In this document: piece after piece, positions 11,135 through 22,949 of the stretch
Numbering within the stretch: position 1 is the stretch's first letter
Layout of the letters: each line of letters starts with the position of its first letter
DNA from: Eledone cirrhosa
Lineage: Eukaryota
NCBI GenBank assembly: GCA_964016885.1
Contig: OZ024740.1
Location: 212,846,001-212,910,000 of the forward strand
Direction: 5' to 3'
Length of the DNA: 64,000 nucleotides
Program-made: the position numbers and the translations under genes
Notes under the pieces: model-generated
Databases searched by the model: none
What the model saw: only the letters and a program-made list of their open reading frames with translations
Told to the model about the DNA's origin: nothing

Positions 11135-14100
11135 CTACAGGCTTATAAACAGAGAAGGCCCAATCACTCGGGCCATTTTCGCTTCATTCACCCACCTTTC
11201 AGTAAATTTACTGGGGTGCAGTGCCTCTCTCTCCACCCTGATTCTCCTTCTAAAGTGATACTTAAAGAAGGGAATCAATTGTTGTCCGCAGAGAAAGGCA
11301 TCTGTCCTCAGTCCTCTCAACCTCGTCTACCATATAACTTCTTTCACCATAGCCACCGTACAGAGGAAAACCGCCTCTCTTTCGTTTTTGAAAGAGGCTG
11401 GCGGTTTGATCCTTACTATGGACTCGGCAGTCAACTGGATTTGTCCCATACGCGACAGCAGTTGTTCTGCATAGTTCCACAGGTCGCTTATGCCCGGGCA
11501 GTGTACAATTGCGTGCAGAACTGTTTCAATGTCCTGCGCACATCTTGGACACGTCCTCTTGGAAGGATCACTGCCAGGGCGTCCGTGCCTGTAGATCTTG
11601 TCACGAACCGGTAGAGCTCCTCGGTAGCACTGCCAGGCCAGGGACCTCTGGAAGTTGTCCATAGGTCCCGGGCGGAAAGTCCTACCAAACAGACTGGTGA
11701 GCTCATCGTCTTCGACGCCCAGAGTCTCTCCGAGCACGTCGTCGCCCTTGTAACGTACAATCCCTCTATAGAATGTCGAAGTGGAGTCTCCACTGATTGC
11801 TGCGCCCGCTTGCCAGAGGACTGTGAGCGCCTGAGCGCATTCAATGTGCCAGGCGCCCATCGTTTTCGGTCTTTTCTTCACCCAGGACTGCAGCTCCGTT
11901 AGCGAGACGAGCTGTGGGAAAGCCTGTCGCACAAACGGTGCCCACACCGGTTGGGGATCGGTGAGGAATACCTGGAGTTGCCGCAGCCTCAGCGCATGTT
12001 TTCGCATCATCAGCCACGGCATTCCCAGCCCTCCGTTGGAAGGGTGCTGACAGCAGACGGATCTCCTCACCAGCGGAGCCTGCTTCTTCCACAGAAATTG
12101 GAAGAGCATGCGTTCCATCTTGGCGAGGTGTTCACGGGGACAAGGCACGACAGTCAAGCGGTAGTAGATGACGGACGCTATGAAAGTGTTCGCCACCTCC
12201 GATCGACATTTCAAGGACAGTTTGCACTCTGCCCACTTCTGAGTGAGTGCAAACACCTTGGCCGTGACCTCGTTCCAGTTTTTCTCCAACTGGAGGTCTG
12301 GACCGAACCAGACCCCGAGCAATTTCACCGGTCCGTCCGTCTAGCGTCCAACGACGCTGTCGGATGTAATCGGTTTGCCTCTCCACGTACCGAGTTGCAA
12401 ACCGACAGACTTGTCTGGGTTTAATTTTGCTCCCGTCAGCGTTTCATATTCTTTCAGTAAGTTGCCGATCACCCCGATTTCTGAGGTGCTCGACACCATT
12501 ACCGTTACGTCGTCGGCATAAGCCGACGCCGCTTTGCGCAGTCCCGGTTCTAGGGGGATGCCCTGCAACAGCTCCAATTTCCGCAGTAGTGGCTCTAGAG
12601 TCAATACATACAGAATGGAGGAGAGAGGGCATCTCTGTCGAATGGAACGCGTGATTGCGAACGGCTCCGATAGGTAGCCATTCACCTTGACCCTCGAGCA
12701 GATGCTGGTGTGCATCGCCTCGATCCATCCTCTGAACATGGGACCGAAACCGGCCGCCTTGAGAACCGCTTCCAAGTATCGATGGTCGACCCTATCGAAT
12801 GCCTTAGACTGATCCAAGTTGATCAGAGCCCCACCGAAGCCGGGTTTACTACCCACCCTCTCTATGATGTATCGCATGAAGTGGAGGTTGTCGTGTATGG
12901 ACCTGGTCGGGATTGCACACGTTTGCGCTTTCCCCTTTGTATTTGTCCCCTTCTCGACAAGCGCCAGCCTCGTCGCTAGCACCTTCGCCAAAATTTTAAA
13001 CTCTGTGTTGAGCAGAGTTATGGGCCTGAAGTTGTTAATTTCGTCCACCTTGTTCTCGTCTTTCCTGATCAGCGTTACTACGCCCTTGCCTGCAGAACTG
13101 GGAATTCTCCCGTTCTGCTGCCAATTGCAGTAGACGGCTTCGAGGACGCCAGAGAACAAGTGTGGCATGCCTATGTAAAATTCGTAGGATAGACCATCTA
13201 GACCGGGTGACTTGCGTTTCCCGCAGCGGCCCAGAGCGTCCCGTATCTCAGTGTCCGTGATCGGTCTTTCGCAGAACTCGGCTTCCGTGTTCGAGAGACG
13301 CGGCAGGCCGTCGAGGTATGAACTAAAGTCCATTGCCCCGTTCGGCTCACCGTCGTTCTGCTCAAACAGTCGCGCAAAGTGCCGCTGAAAGGCCGCGCAC
13401 ATTTGCTTGGGGTCAAGTAGCACGCGTCCGTTTTGGTCTTTCAAAGACTGAATCGTGGTTTTGTTGCCACTTTTTGCCTCCGCCACTCGGGCCCAGCTGA
13501 CAGCTTTCGCTCCTTCGTTTCCTAGAGCACGTGTTTTGCTTCTGACCACGCAGCCTTCGTGTTTCGCATCGAAGAACTGGTCCAGTGCCATTCTCGACGC
13601 TAACACTCTAGCCGCGTTGCCACTTCTAAGTGCCTCCTCTACCTTGGCTACTAGTTCTCTTTCTATTCTGTTTTTCTCTAAGGCTAACTCTCTGCTATAC
13701 CCTATCGATTCTATTCTAATTGCTTTCTTGAGAGAGTACCACCATCTTATGTTGACGATGGCTCCCGTTAACTGTTGCTTGACTAGTCTACTTATCCGTT
13801 CACTGTAAGCTTTACGTGCCAGCAACGACACGTTCAGCTTCCAGTATCCGGGACCCTGTCTATGTATTCTATCACGGTTGTCTAAGCAGACAATGTGCAT
13901 TCGTGGACAGCTTAACATCTCCTTGTCCCTTTCTCTAATGAAGAACCTATCTAAATACGATCTAGATGTCCCACTGCGGTTTACCCACATCCACTGTGGT
14001 GCAGTCGGGAAATCCAGTCGATACCTATCGGCCAGTTGGAATTGGCCGATTAAAGTTTTGAGGCTGTTGCACCCCGCTCTACTGGGACATGCTCCCACAT

Positions 14101-14560
14101 AGTCCCATCGTGCTTCTAGGATACCATTCCAGTCCCCCACTAAAAGTAAGGAGCAAGACGTTCCCAGAAAAGACTCTAGACGCTTAAAGAAGTGTGGCCG
14201 TGATTGCGATTGCCCGGTCGGGGCATAAACGGCCACCAGTCTGAAGGCTCCTCCTCCGATACTGTTCACGTCTAGGACTACCAGTCTACACTCCGGGTCC
14301 AAGTGTACTTGCTGTACTCCGACGTCCAGGTTCTTCCGAAACATAACAGCCACTCCACCTCCACCTCCTGGCTGACAGAGAGATGCGTTGATCTCAAAGT
14401 CGTCGAAGATGGGGGTTAGTTGCTGCCTGTTGTGGATCCTGGACTCGGTGATGGCTATCACATCCATACTGTGTGACCTAAGGTCGTTTAAAAGTTGGCC
14501 CTGTTTCCAGGGCATCCCTAGGCCACGCACATTCACGGTTCCAACTCGTAAACCAGCCAT
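11135..14560 (-). pseudogene. Tx1 ORF2 (APE endonuclease, reverse transcriptase, zinc finger), disrupted
   Basis: GTVNVRGL, ITESR, VGDWNG, SYLDR; KSPGLDGL, NFRPITLLN, DQSKAFDRV, YADD; CPRC..ETVLHAIVHC. Two TGG>TAG stops (12341, 11327) and an in-frame loss of the APE TDH motif relative to sister copies. Confidence 0.92.
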
Positions 14561-14601
14561 GTTGGTGAGGAAAAGTTGGAGAAAAAGGGCGAAAGGTGCA
14601 C

Positions 14602-16484
14602 TTACCTTTTCGTTTCCTGGAGATCGGGTTGTTCAATCTCCATTTTGGTGCTGGATGGGGTGTTGGGTGGGGTGGGGAAACATTTAAACAGGACGCGGTT
14701 GATGGGTTTGTGGCAGGGGTTGCCCACGTCCTGTGAAAATTTAATTTTTAGGTCTTTATAGGTTTCCATAGAAACCCTTATAAGTTTAAGGTGTGGAGAC
14801 GATTCTGCCTTGACGAAAGTTTCCCCTCCGTCTCCACCTTGGGGTTTTGGGAGATGACATCCATCAAACTCTTGTTGTTTGTGTTGATGTATGCGTATTG
14901 TTGTTTGTGTTTTTGTTGCGTTGTTTTAGTTTGTTGTTCGTCCGGGAGTTTTCTTTTTATGGTGGGTGCTTGTGTTTGGGGTGGTGTTGGTGCTGGTTTT
15001 GCTGATAGGGGGGTGTTTGACTGTGGTGTTGTTTGTGTTGTTGTTTGTGTCAGTGGTTGTGTGTTGGTAGTTTTGGGGGTTTTGTGATGTCTCTTTTTTT
15101 TGTTTTTTAGATTTCCGCGGTTCTCCCTCTTCTTCACTTAAAGAAGGAGAAGCAGCTTCATCCGTCGATGAATAATCATCGTCAGGTGTGGGGGGTAAGG
15201 GTATGTTGTGTGGTGATGGTGGTGTTTCGGTATGTGTGTTTGTGGTAGTGTTTGATGGAGTGGGATGGAGTGGGGATGTGTTCTTCAGGGTGTTGTCTCT
15301 GTTTTTTCTGTTGTTGTTGGTTGAATGTCTGTTTGTTTTGGTGTGGTTGCTCGTTTCGTCTGTCGTTGTACTTGTGGTGGTGGTGGTTGTTTTGGTGTTG
15401 GTGTTGGTAATAGCGTTTTTTTTATGATGTTGTTGTTGTGTGTTTGTGGACAAGAGGCTTTTAGGTGAGCTGTGCTACCACAGCGAAAGCAATGCAATTT
15501 TCGTCCTTCTACCGAAATGTTTATTTTGTTGTTATTATCAATAACGACTCTTTCGGGTATTTTGGAGATTCTCTCCGGTTTCATTTGCAACAGAATCTCC
15601 AAATCTGTGCCCGCCCACCTTTGTCGAATAGATTTTCGTATCGAAAGTATTATGTCTGTTTCTGGCTCTACGAAGCCAGCCAAGATCCACCAGATGTAAA
15701 TGCTTGGAGGTATGTTTTTTATTTTTATTTTTTGTGTCCTTTTCCCCATGTATGTAGGGAAAAAGGTGTATGCTTTTGACACTATTGGTGTCACAGAGTT
15801 TTTTGGGGCGAGTGCCTCGCTTTTAAACAGTACGGAAACACTTCCGTAGTGTTTTCCTCGCTGGAGAAAATCGACATTTGCTAGAATTTCCTTGAAAGAA
15901 TCTTCTATATCTGCTTGATTAACAAATGTCGGCTTTCTTGACGAATTTAACACAGTCCTAAAAGTGACTGATCGGCGGTTTGTGTTTTCCTTTATTTCAA
16001 GGGGTGAGTTAATTCTAAACCCACCTCTTTCTTCGAAAGTTACACATTTTCTCCCTTGCTGGAGCATATCTCTTGCGTTGGAGATATCAAGATTTATAAG
16101 ATCTTGTTTCTTGTTCACTGTGTCAGCGAAAGACATTTTCTTTTTTTGTGTGGTGTTGCTGTTGATGATGTTGTTATCTTTATTGGAAATCTCAGTTCCT
16201 TGTCGAGGTGAAACTTTATGTGTAGATGTATCTGTAGAGTTGTTGATGTCTTTTTCATGTGTATGTATGTCAATGGGTTTTTTTGCTGTGTTTTCCTGTG
16301 TGTCATTGTTATTTTTTTCCGCGGTAGAAATTGTAAAATTTTCAAATGTTAATATATTTTTTTCTTTTGTGACAGTTGTATCTATGGCGACGTCCATAGT
16401 AGCAGAAGCAGATATAACGTTAATATCTGACACTTTCTCTCTGTTTTCACTATTAACGTTCTCCAGCGTTCTAGTGTTGCTCAA
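14602..16484 (-). pseudogene. Tx1 ORF1 (zinc-knuckle nucleic-acid chaperone), frameshifted
   Basis: ISVEGRKLHCFRCGSTAHLKASC knuckle and Thr/Pro-rich linker. C-terminal KLIRVSMETYKDLKIKFSQDVGNPCHKPINRVLFKC..QETKR* is conserved in the other copies. Confidence 0.85.
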
Positions 16485-16716
16485 GTTATTTACTTTGTAA
16501 AATCTGATATTTTAAAACAAAATTTTAAAATAAAATTTTCGCCCCTACAGGGGCGAAAAATGGAATTACCACCCTGCTGACAATTCAGCTTGGGGGTTAA
16601 TCTACAAAGTGTTGTGTTTTTTCAAACAATTAGATCGGTTTTTTGCATAGAAATTAACAAAAAAGCTTACCGGCGATGTTCCACACGTCAGACAGAAAGA
16701 GAAATAGATAGATATA

Positions 16717-19613
16717 TTTCTTTATTAGCCACAGGGGCACAAACGAAGGGGACAAATACAAAGGGGGAAGTTTACATACAATAAAAACGTGTAAAATGTT
16801 ATCACAAATGGAATTTAAAAAGTTAGTCGATTTTCCCCAATAGAGGGAGACAGTTTATATGGGTAACACATACCCCCGAAAAAAAAATGTGCAACCCTCA
16901 TCTCCAGGAGTACGAAGAGTTTGTACTCCTTTCCTCTCCTCCTCCTTTTCCTCAACCTACAGGCTGATATAGAGAGAAGGCCCATTCACTCGGGCCATTC
17001 TCGCCACTTTCACCCACCTTTCATAAAACTTGCTGGGGTACAGCACCTCTCTCTCCATCCTGATTCTTCTTCCAAAGTGGTATTTGAAAAAAAGAATCAG
17101 TTGTTGGCCGGAGAGAAAGGTGTCTGACCTCAGCCCTTTCAACCTTGTCCACCATACAACCTCTTTCGCCATAGCTATCACACAAAGGAAAACTGCCTCT
17201 CCTTCGTTTTTGAAGGAGGGTGGCGGTTTGATCATGACAATGGACTCGGTGGTCAACTGGATTGGTCCCACCCGCGACAATAGTCGTTCTACATAGCCCC
17301 ACAGGTCAGTGACGCCCGGGCAGTGTATGAATGCGTGCGCGAAGGTTTCTTCGTCTCGCACGCACCTCGGACAAATCTTTTTTGCAGGGTCCCAGACGTT
17401 CCCAGAAAAGTCTCTAGACGTTTGAAGAAGTCTGGCCGCGGTGTCCCGGATGGGGCATATGCGGCCACCAGCCTGAAGGCTCCACCTTCACTACCGTCAA
17501 CGTCTAGGACCACCAGTCGACCCTCCGGGTCCAGATGTACCGTCTGTGTTACGAGGCCCAGGTGTTTCCGCAGCAAAACGGCAACTCCGCCCCCACCCCC
17601 GGTTGACAGAGAGATGCGTAGATCTCAAAGTCATCGAAGATGGGAGCCAGCTGTCGCTCGCCGTGGATCCTGGACTCGCCAATGGCTACCACATCCATAC
17701 TGTGCGACCTGAGGTCGTTTAAGAGTTTGCCCTGTTACCAGGGCATCCCCAGGCCGCGTACGTTCACACATCCAACTCTTATATTGGCCATGTTGGTGCT
17801 GAAAAGTTAAAAGAGGAAAAGAGATCACTCACCCTTCGTCTTCTGGGAACCAGGCCGCACGATTTCCATGGGGTGTTGGAGGGGTTGTCTGGATGGGTGG
17901 TGGTTTCCGGCGGGGTGGGGACGCAGATGTTTGGTGGGGTGGGGGTGTCTGGGGTGGGGAGACATTTGAGAAGGACGCGGTTGAGTGGTTTCACGCAGGA
18001 ATTCCCCACATCCTTCTCAAATGTTTCTTTTAGGGACCTATAAGTTTGTATAGGGACCCTAATCAGTTTTAGGTTCAGTTTTTTGCTATTTTTAATAGAG
18101 TGGGCGAAAGTTTTCCCTTCGGTGAAAACCGAAGGGTCGTTCGTGTTGGTCTCCATTAGTGTTTTGTTTTCAGTGTTTATGTAAGTGTAAGTGTAATTTT
18201 CTTGTGTTGTGTTTGTTTTTGTCTGTAGTTCTTGTGTGTGCTTTCGTTTTGTTGTAGGTATTTTGTTTTCAGGAGGTGGGGGTTTTGTTTGTGATGTTTT
18301 TGTTGTTTCTGTTGGTGGTTGTATGTTTGTGGTAGTGTTTGCTGGTTTTTTGCTTTTGTGATGTCTTTTCTTTCTTTTCGAGCGATTGGGTTCTCCCTCG
18401 TCTTCACTGGGTGATGGCGAGATAGCCTCATCTGTTGTATCGTCTGTATGATTGGGGAGGGGTATGTCTTGGGGAGCTGTTGTGTCTGTATGTAATTTTG
18501 CAGTGGTTTTAGGTGGAGTGGGGTTGGGTGGGACTGTGTTTTTTGTGGTTATTTTGTGTGTTGGTGTTGTTGTTGTTGTGGTGGTGGTGGTGGTTGTGTT
18601 GTTTTGATGGGTGTCGGCAGAAGAGCCTTTTTTGATTCATTAATTTAGGACAGGAAGCCCTCAGGTGACCCCTGCTAAAGCAATGGTAACATGAAGGCCG
18701 CCTACCCTCAACCGAAAAGTTTATGTAGGTGAGTCCGTCCAGGAGTACACGTTGTGGGATCATAGCTATTCGCTCTGGGCTCATTTGCACCAGAATTTCA
18801 ATGCTAGTCCCATTGAATACATCTCTGGGGGACTTTCCTACTGACAGTATTCTGTCTTCATCAAAATTGATGAAGCCGCACAGTATCCACCATATGTTCA
18901 CCTTTGGTGTGACACTTATGATTCTGATCTTTTGTGTCCTTTTTCCCATGTATGTAGGGAAAAAGGTGTACAGGTTGGATACAATTGGCGACACAGAGTA
19001 ATTTTGGGTCGTCAATTGATCCTTCATGAGTACCGAAATACTCCCAAGTTTGCTTCTTTGAATGAATGCAATATCATTCATTGAATTTTTGAAAACCAGT
19101 TCAATTTCTTTCTGTGACAATTGGACTGGTTTTCGGGTAAACTATCGTTTTGAGAGCAGTATCCTTGCGAATTTCTACCGGAGAATTGATGCTGAAAGCA
19201 CCATTTTTTTCGAAAGTGACATATCTCCTAGCGTCCTTTAAAAGTTGTTCAGCTTTTGTTATGTCGAGATATATCAATTCTCCTTCTTTTGAACTTTCTC
19301 TGCAAAGGAGATTTTTGGTTTCTTTGTGGAATCCGTATTGGTGGTGTTGTCATTATTGTTGTTATTGTTGTTGTTATTCCAGTTGTCACCGATGTTGGTA
19401 TTATCCGTATTTTCCTTGGTGTTGTTGTTGTCTTTGATGCTGGTGTTATTGGTGTTGTCTTTATTTTTTTCTTTGTTATTGTTATCATTGTTGCTTTTAT
19501 CATCATTATTGGTGTTGCTGTTATTTTTGTTGTCATTGAACTATTTGGTGTCATTTGTGTTGTTTGAATATGAATTCGTTTTTACATTTTCATTTTGTCT
19601 TTCCATCTCTTTC
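16717..19613 (-). mobile_element. Second Tx1-type LINE with a large internal ORF2 deletion, head-to-tail with the first
   Basis: ORF1 (Asn-rich N-terminus; YTFFPTYMGKRTQKI; CYHCFSRGHLRASC). The APE start is fused at ~17375 to the zinc-finger end (EETFAHAFIHCP). 3'UTR homologous to 10901-11134. Confidence 0.88.
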
Positions 19614-22517
19614 CATTCAAATGCTGTCTGCACTGATGTTAGGCCTCTGCCTCCCTGCTTACGTTTAAAGTAAAGGCGGTCTATGTCACTGTTGATGTGG
19701 AAGTTTCCGGTGTTGTTTAGTATTTTTCGAGTTCCAACATCAACTGCTCGGATTTCGTCTATCGTCCAATTGAGTATTCCAAACGTTGGTGTTAGGACAG
19801 GCACAGCAAATACATTGTGAGCCACTGTTTTGCGCAGAGTTCCGATGACCATATCTTTCTTAATCGGGTGTAGTATTCCCTGGTTACGCGTTCCTTATTA
19901 CAGATACCATTATAGGATATGTTCTCATCTATTCCCAGGTATCTGTAGCAGTCCTCATCAGATATCGGTGAAACAGTTAGGCCATTGATGACAATGTTGC
20001 TAGATTGGGTTGTTGTTTTTCCCCGCTTTACAGTCCTATATGAACATTTATCTTGGCCAAACTCTATTCCTATATCCTTTGAGAACGTTGTAACCAGGTC
20101 AAGATTTTTCTTCATCCCATCCATGTTTTTGGCATAGAGTTTCAGATCATCCACAAAGAAATTATGGGTTCGGTTCTTTTTTCTGTCCTGTGAGCCAATG
20201 ATGTATCCTTCACATTTCTTGAGCAGAAAGGACAAGGGGTTTAATGAAAGGATGAATGATATCACAGAGAGACTGTCCCCCTGAAATATACCCCTGCGAT
20301 ATTTTATTTTATCAGTGAAAATAGAGTCCTCCTTCTCTGTCTTTAACTTTAGGATAGTAGCCCAAGAAGAAGACAGCCTCTCTATGGCCCTGACAATAAT
20401 GTCTGAGACTTTAGCAAGTTGGAGGGCCTCTATCATCCAAGAGTGGGGAACAGAATCGAAAGCTTTCCTGTAGCCATATTCCTCCTAAGTTGTCGCACCT
20501 TCGACATCGCAGTTTTGTTAATTAGGAGTTGTTCAGCACATTCCCAAACCCCTTTATTTCCAGCTGCTTGTTCATCTGTGATGATGTTATTATTTTCACA
20601 GTGATCTTGGAGGAATAGATTCAGGCAGGCTGTATAAATCTTATACATCAGGTTCTGATATGCAATGGGTCGGTAGTTTTTTGCCAAGTGGGTATCTTTG
20701 TTCTTGTGGACCAGTAATGTTTGTGCTAATGTCAACCATTCTGGTATAAGTGTATCTCCCTTAAGAACTTGTTGGTAAGATACCTCCGATAGAATATCAG
20801 TTTTTTGTACCAGTAGCCGACAGTCATGTCTCTTCCCTGTGTTTTCTTATCTTGGAGTTTTCCTATCACAGTCTCAAGGGTACTCTCACTTATGTCGTAT
20901 GTTTTTGTTGCAGTGTAGGAGCAATAGTTCTTTCGCATTTCTTTTAGCCACACTGCATCTTGGTTGAAATTCTTCTTTTCACCCCATATTTTGCTCCAAA
21001 AGAAATCTGTCTTTCTCGGATGGGGCTTCAGTGACACTTATTATTTTGCCCTTCATATCTCTGTAGACTGATGTTTGGTTTCGTCTGAATCTTTTATTAA
21101 GCACTTTTCTCTCATCTACCTTCTTCAGGTATCGGCGTTTTTCGCTAACAGCTCTCAATTCTTGTTTGAGCGTGATCATCTTATATTGAAGAGTTCTGGT
21201 TCTACTGTTACCAAACAACGTCTCTATTTTATTTTTCACTCTTTGTTGGTGAGGAGTGAGGTTTTTTTGTGTTTGTTTGGATGTAAGGAGCATTGTTACA
21301 TATCCAATGGTTTTTCGTAGGTCAGTAATCTTTTTTTCTATTTTAGTTATATATGATGATATTTTTGGTGGTGTTTTGTTCTTGTTAATATCTCTGCTAT
21401 CACCAAGATAATGTTTCACTGTCGTTGCTAAGGCATATAAACAGTCGTTGATTTGCCAAAATGTTGGGGGTTTTATCAGTCGTAAATATTCATCCCCTAT
21501 TTCGTCAATAACACATAATATTTCATTATTTGGCTTTTTATTAAATATTGTCGTTTTAATACGTTCAGCAACAGAAATGTTTATACATGAATTAATTTCT
21601 CTCTAGAAGATTTCGTTGAGGGAAATTTTCAATTGTTTATACTTTTGATTATTATTATCATTATCGATAGTATTCTCCACAATAGTCGAGGTAGACTCGG
21701 ATGGTACACGTGGTGTCAAATTTCTTCGATTATTATTATTATCGATAGTGTTTTCCCCAGCATTCGAGGTAGACTTAGATGGTACACGTGGTGTTAAATT
21801 TCTTAGATTATTATTATTATTTCTTCGATTATTATTTTTATCGATAGTATTTTTCATAATACTTGAGGTAGACTTAGAGGGTTCACGTAGTATCAAACTT
21901 CTTACAGGCATAGTTGTTTCAAGGCACTGTTCGACCTGGCTGCTAGGAAGTCTAGTAGCATGGCGACCTGTAGCACATGTTGATTCCATGTTTGTTGTGT
22001 GAGACTTACAATTAATAATATTTATCTTATTTTTACGTTCAACATTGGCGTAATTGTTTCGCTGTGAAGTGATTTAGCTCTGGGTGTATTTCGTCCCAGT
22101 GTAGCTTCATTTTGTTCAATGGAAGATTTGTTTTTTGTCATTTTATAGCAATTAAATAACTCATCACTAAGTTCGCAACTCCAAGAGAAATGCGATTTAT
22201 AATTTTCTGTAGCTACAACTGAATAAATTTTGTTTACCTTTCTCGTTTTTCTTCGGTACTCCACTGATGTTGTTGTTGTTGATGTTGTGTTCAGCCATGC
22301 TGTTTGTAGCAAATCCTTGTAAAGTGAATTATGTATTTAGTCGGATATCTCTACGAATTCGAATAAAAGGTGTCTTCAGAAGATATAGTTAGAAGAATAT
22401 CCAGTTATTCAACATGACTGGCAGTTGTGGCATTACTGTCGGAGATAGTATTCATCTTAAATTTAATGAATCGTCTCCCATACCAAAATATGCGACTGAT
22501 CGCGTTGACTGACTATT
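19614..22517 (-). mobile_element. R4/Dong-like RLE non-LTR retrotransposon, 5' two-thirds, decayed
   Basis: NYRPIAY..MYKIYT, RRGIFQGDSLS, FFVDDLKLY, YRYLG, RLYFKRKQGGRGL. 5' end abuts (TGTA)n at ~22518. Confidence 0.8.
21650..21900 (-). repeat. Coding tandem repeat (~3 units of ~80-95 bp) in the N-terminal region of the R4/Dong-like ORF
   Basis: Repeated peptide (NL)TPRVPS(K/E)STS...ENTIDNNNN in ORF 21603-21989. Confidence 0.8.
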
Positions 22518-22599
22518 GTATGTATATGTATGTATGTATGTACGTATGTGTGTATGAATTTACTCAGCTTTGTACAAGCAAGTATTCGTAAGTTAGGTA

Positions 22600-22916
22600 G
22601 TTAGTGAGCTAATGAACACAACTACAAGAATATGGTCCGAACGTGGAGAGCCAAACTCCCACTGTTATCGCCTCTATCTCTCTCGCCCTCCCCATCTCTC
22701 CGTATGGTGAGCAAATATGATCCCACGTGCTGGCCTCCCCATAGCCCCGGCGGACAGGATGGAGAAGGCGTTTCCCCGGAGGATGGTAAGGGAAATGCGC
22801 TGGAAGAGCCATTCCAACTCGCGAGGCTCACACCTGCGGCTGGCCAGCTCAGCGCCTATGGTGGTGAGTAGAGAGGTAGCCCTAGGGCTAAGGACACCAG
22901 AAGTTTCTACTGCCAA
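22600..22916 (-). pseudogene. CRE-like RLE LINE 3' fragment
   Basis: AVETSGVL..REL.WLFQRISLTILRGNAFSIL. Confidence 0.7.
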
Positions 22917-22949
22917 GTATAGTTATAGCTGCACTTATCTACCAAACTA

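Larger units (their letters stand above)
10901..16690 (-). mobile_element. Near full-length Tx1-type L1-clade non-LTR retrotransposon (inactivated)
   Basis: 5'UTR, ORF1 with CCHC knuckle, ORF2 APE-RT-zinc finger, 3'UTR with AATAAA and (TATC)n tail. Confidence 0.92.

Noticed and set aside
11327-12343. Programmed readthrough or deaminase editing at two TGG>TAG stops in ORF2
   Set aside because: Sister copies have Trp at both sites; two events are compatible with ordinary decay.
14561-14605. Mini-intron fusing ORF1 to ORF2 via the pyrimidine tract before the ORF2 ATG
   Set aside because: Only ~30-45 nt long, and copies 1 and 3 have no AG between the donor and the ATG; only copy 2 has a CAG.
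15188-16500. Hydrophobic 'membrane protein' ORFs on the plus strand (also 19256-19673 and 60898-61167)
   Set aside because: Antisense shadows of the Asn/Thr/Gln-rich Tx1 ORF1.
21650-21900. CRISPR-like repeat/spacer pattern (also 39990-40215 and 49960-50340)
   Set aside because: Degenerate tandem duplications inside eukaryotic TEs; no unique spacers and no cas genes.
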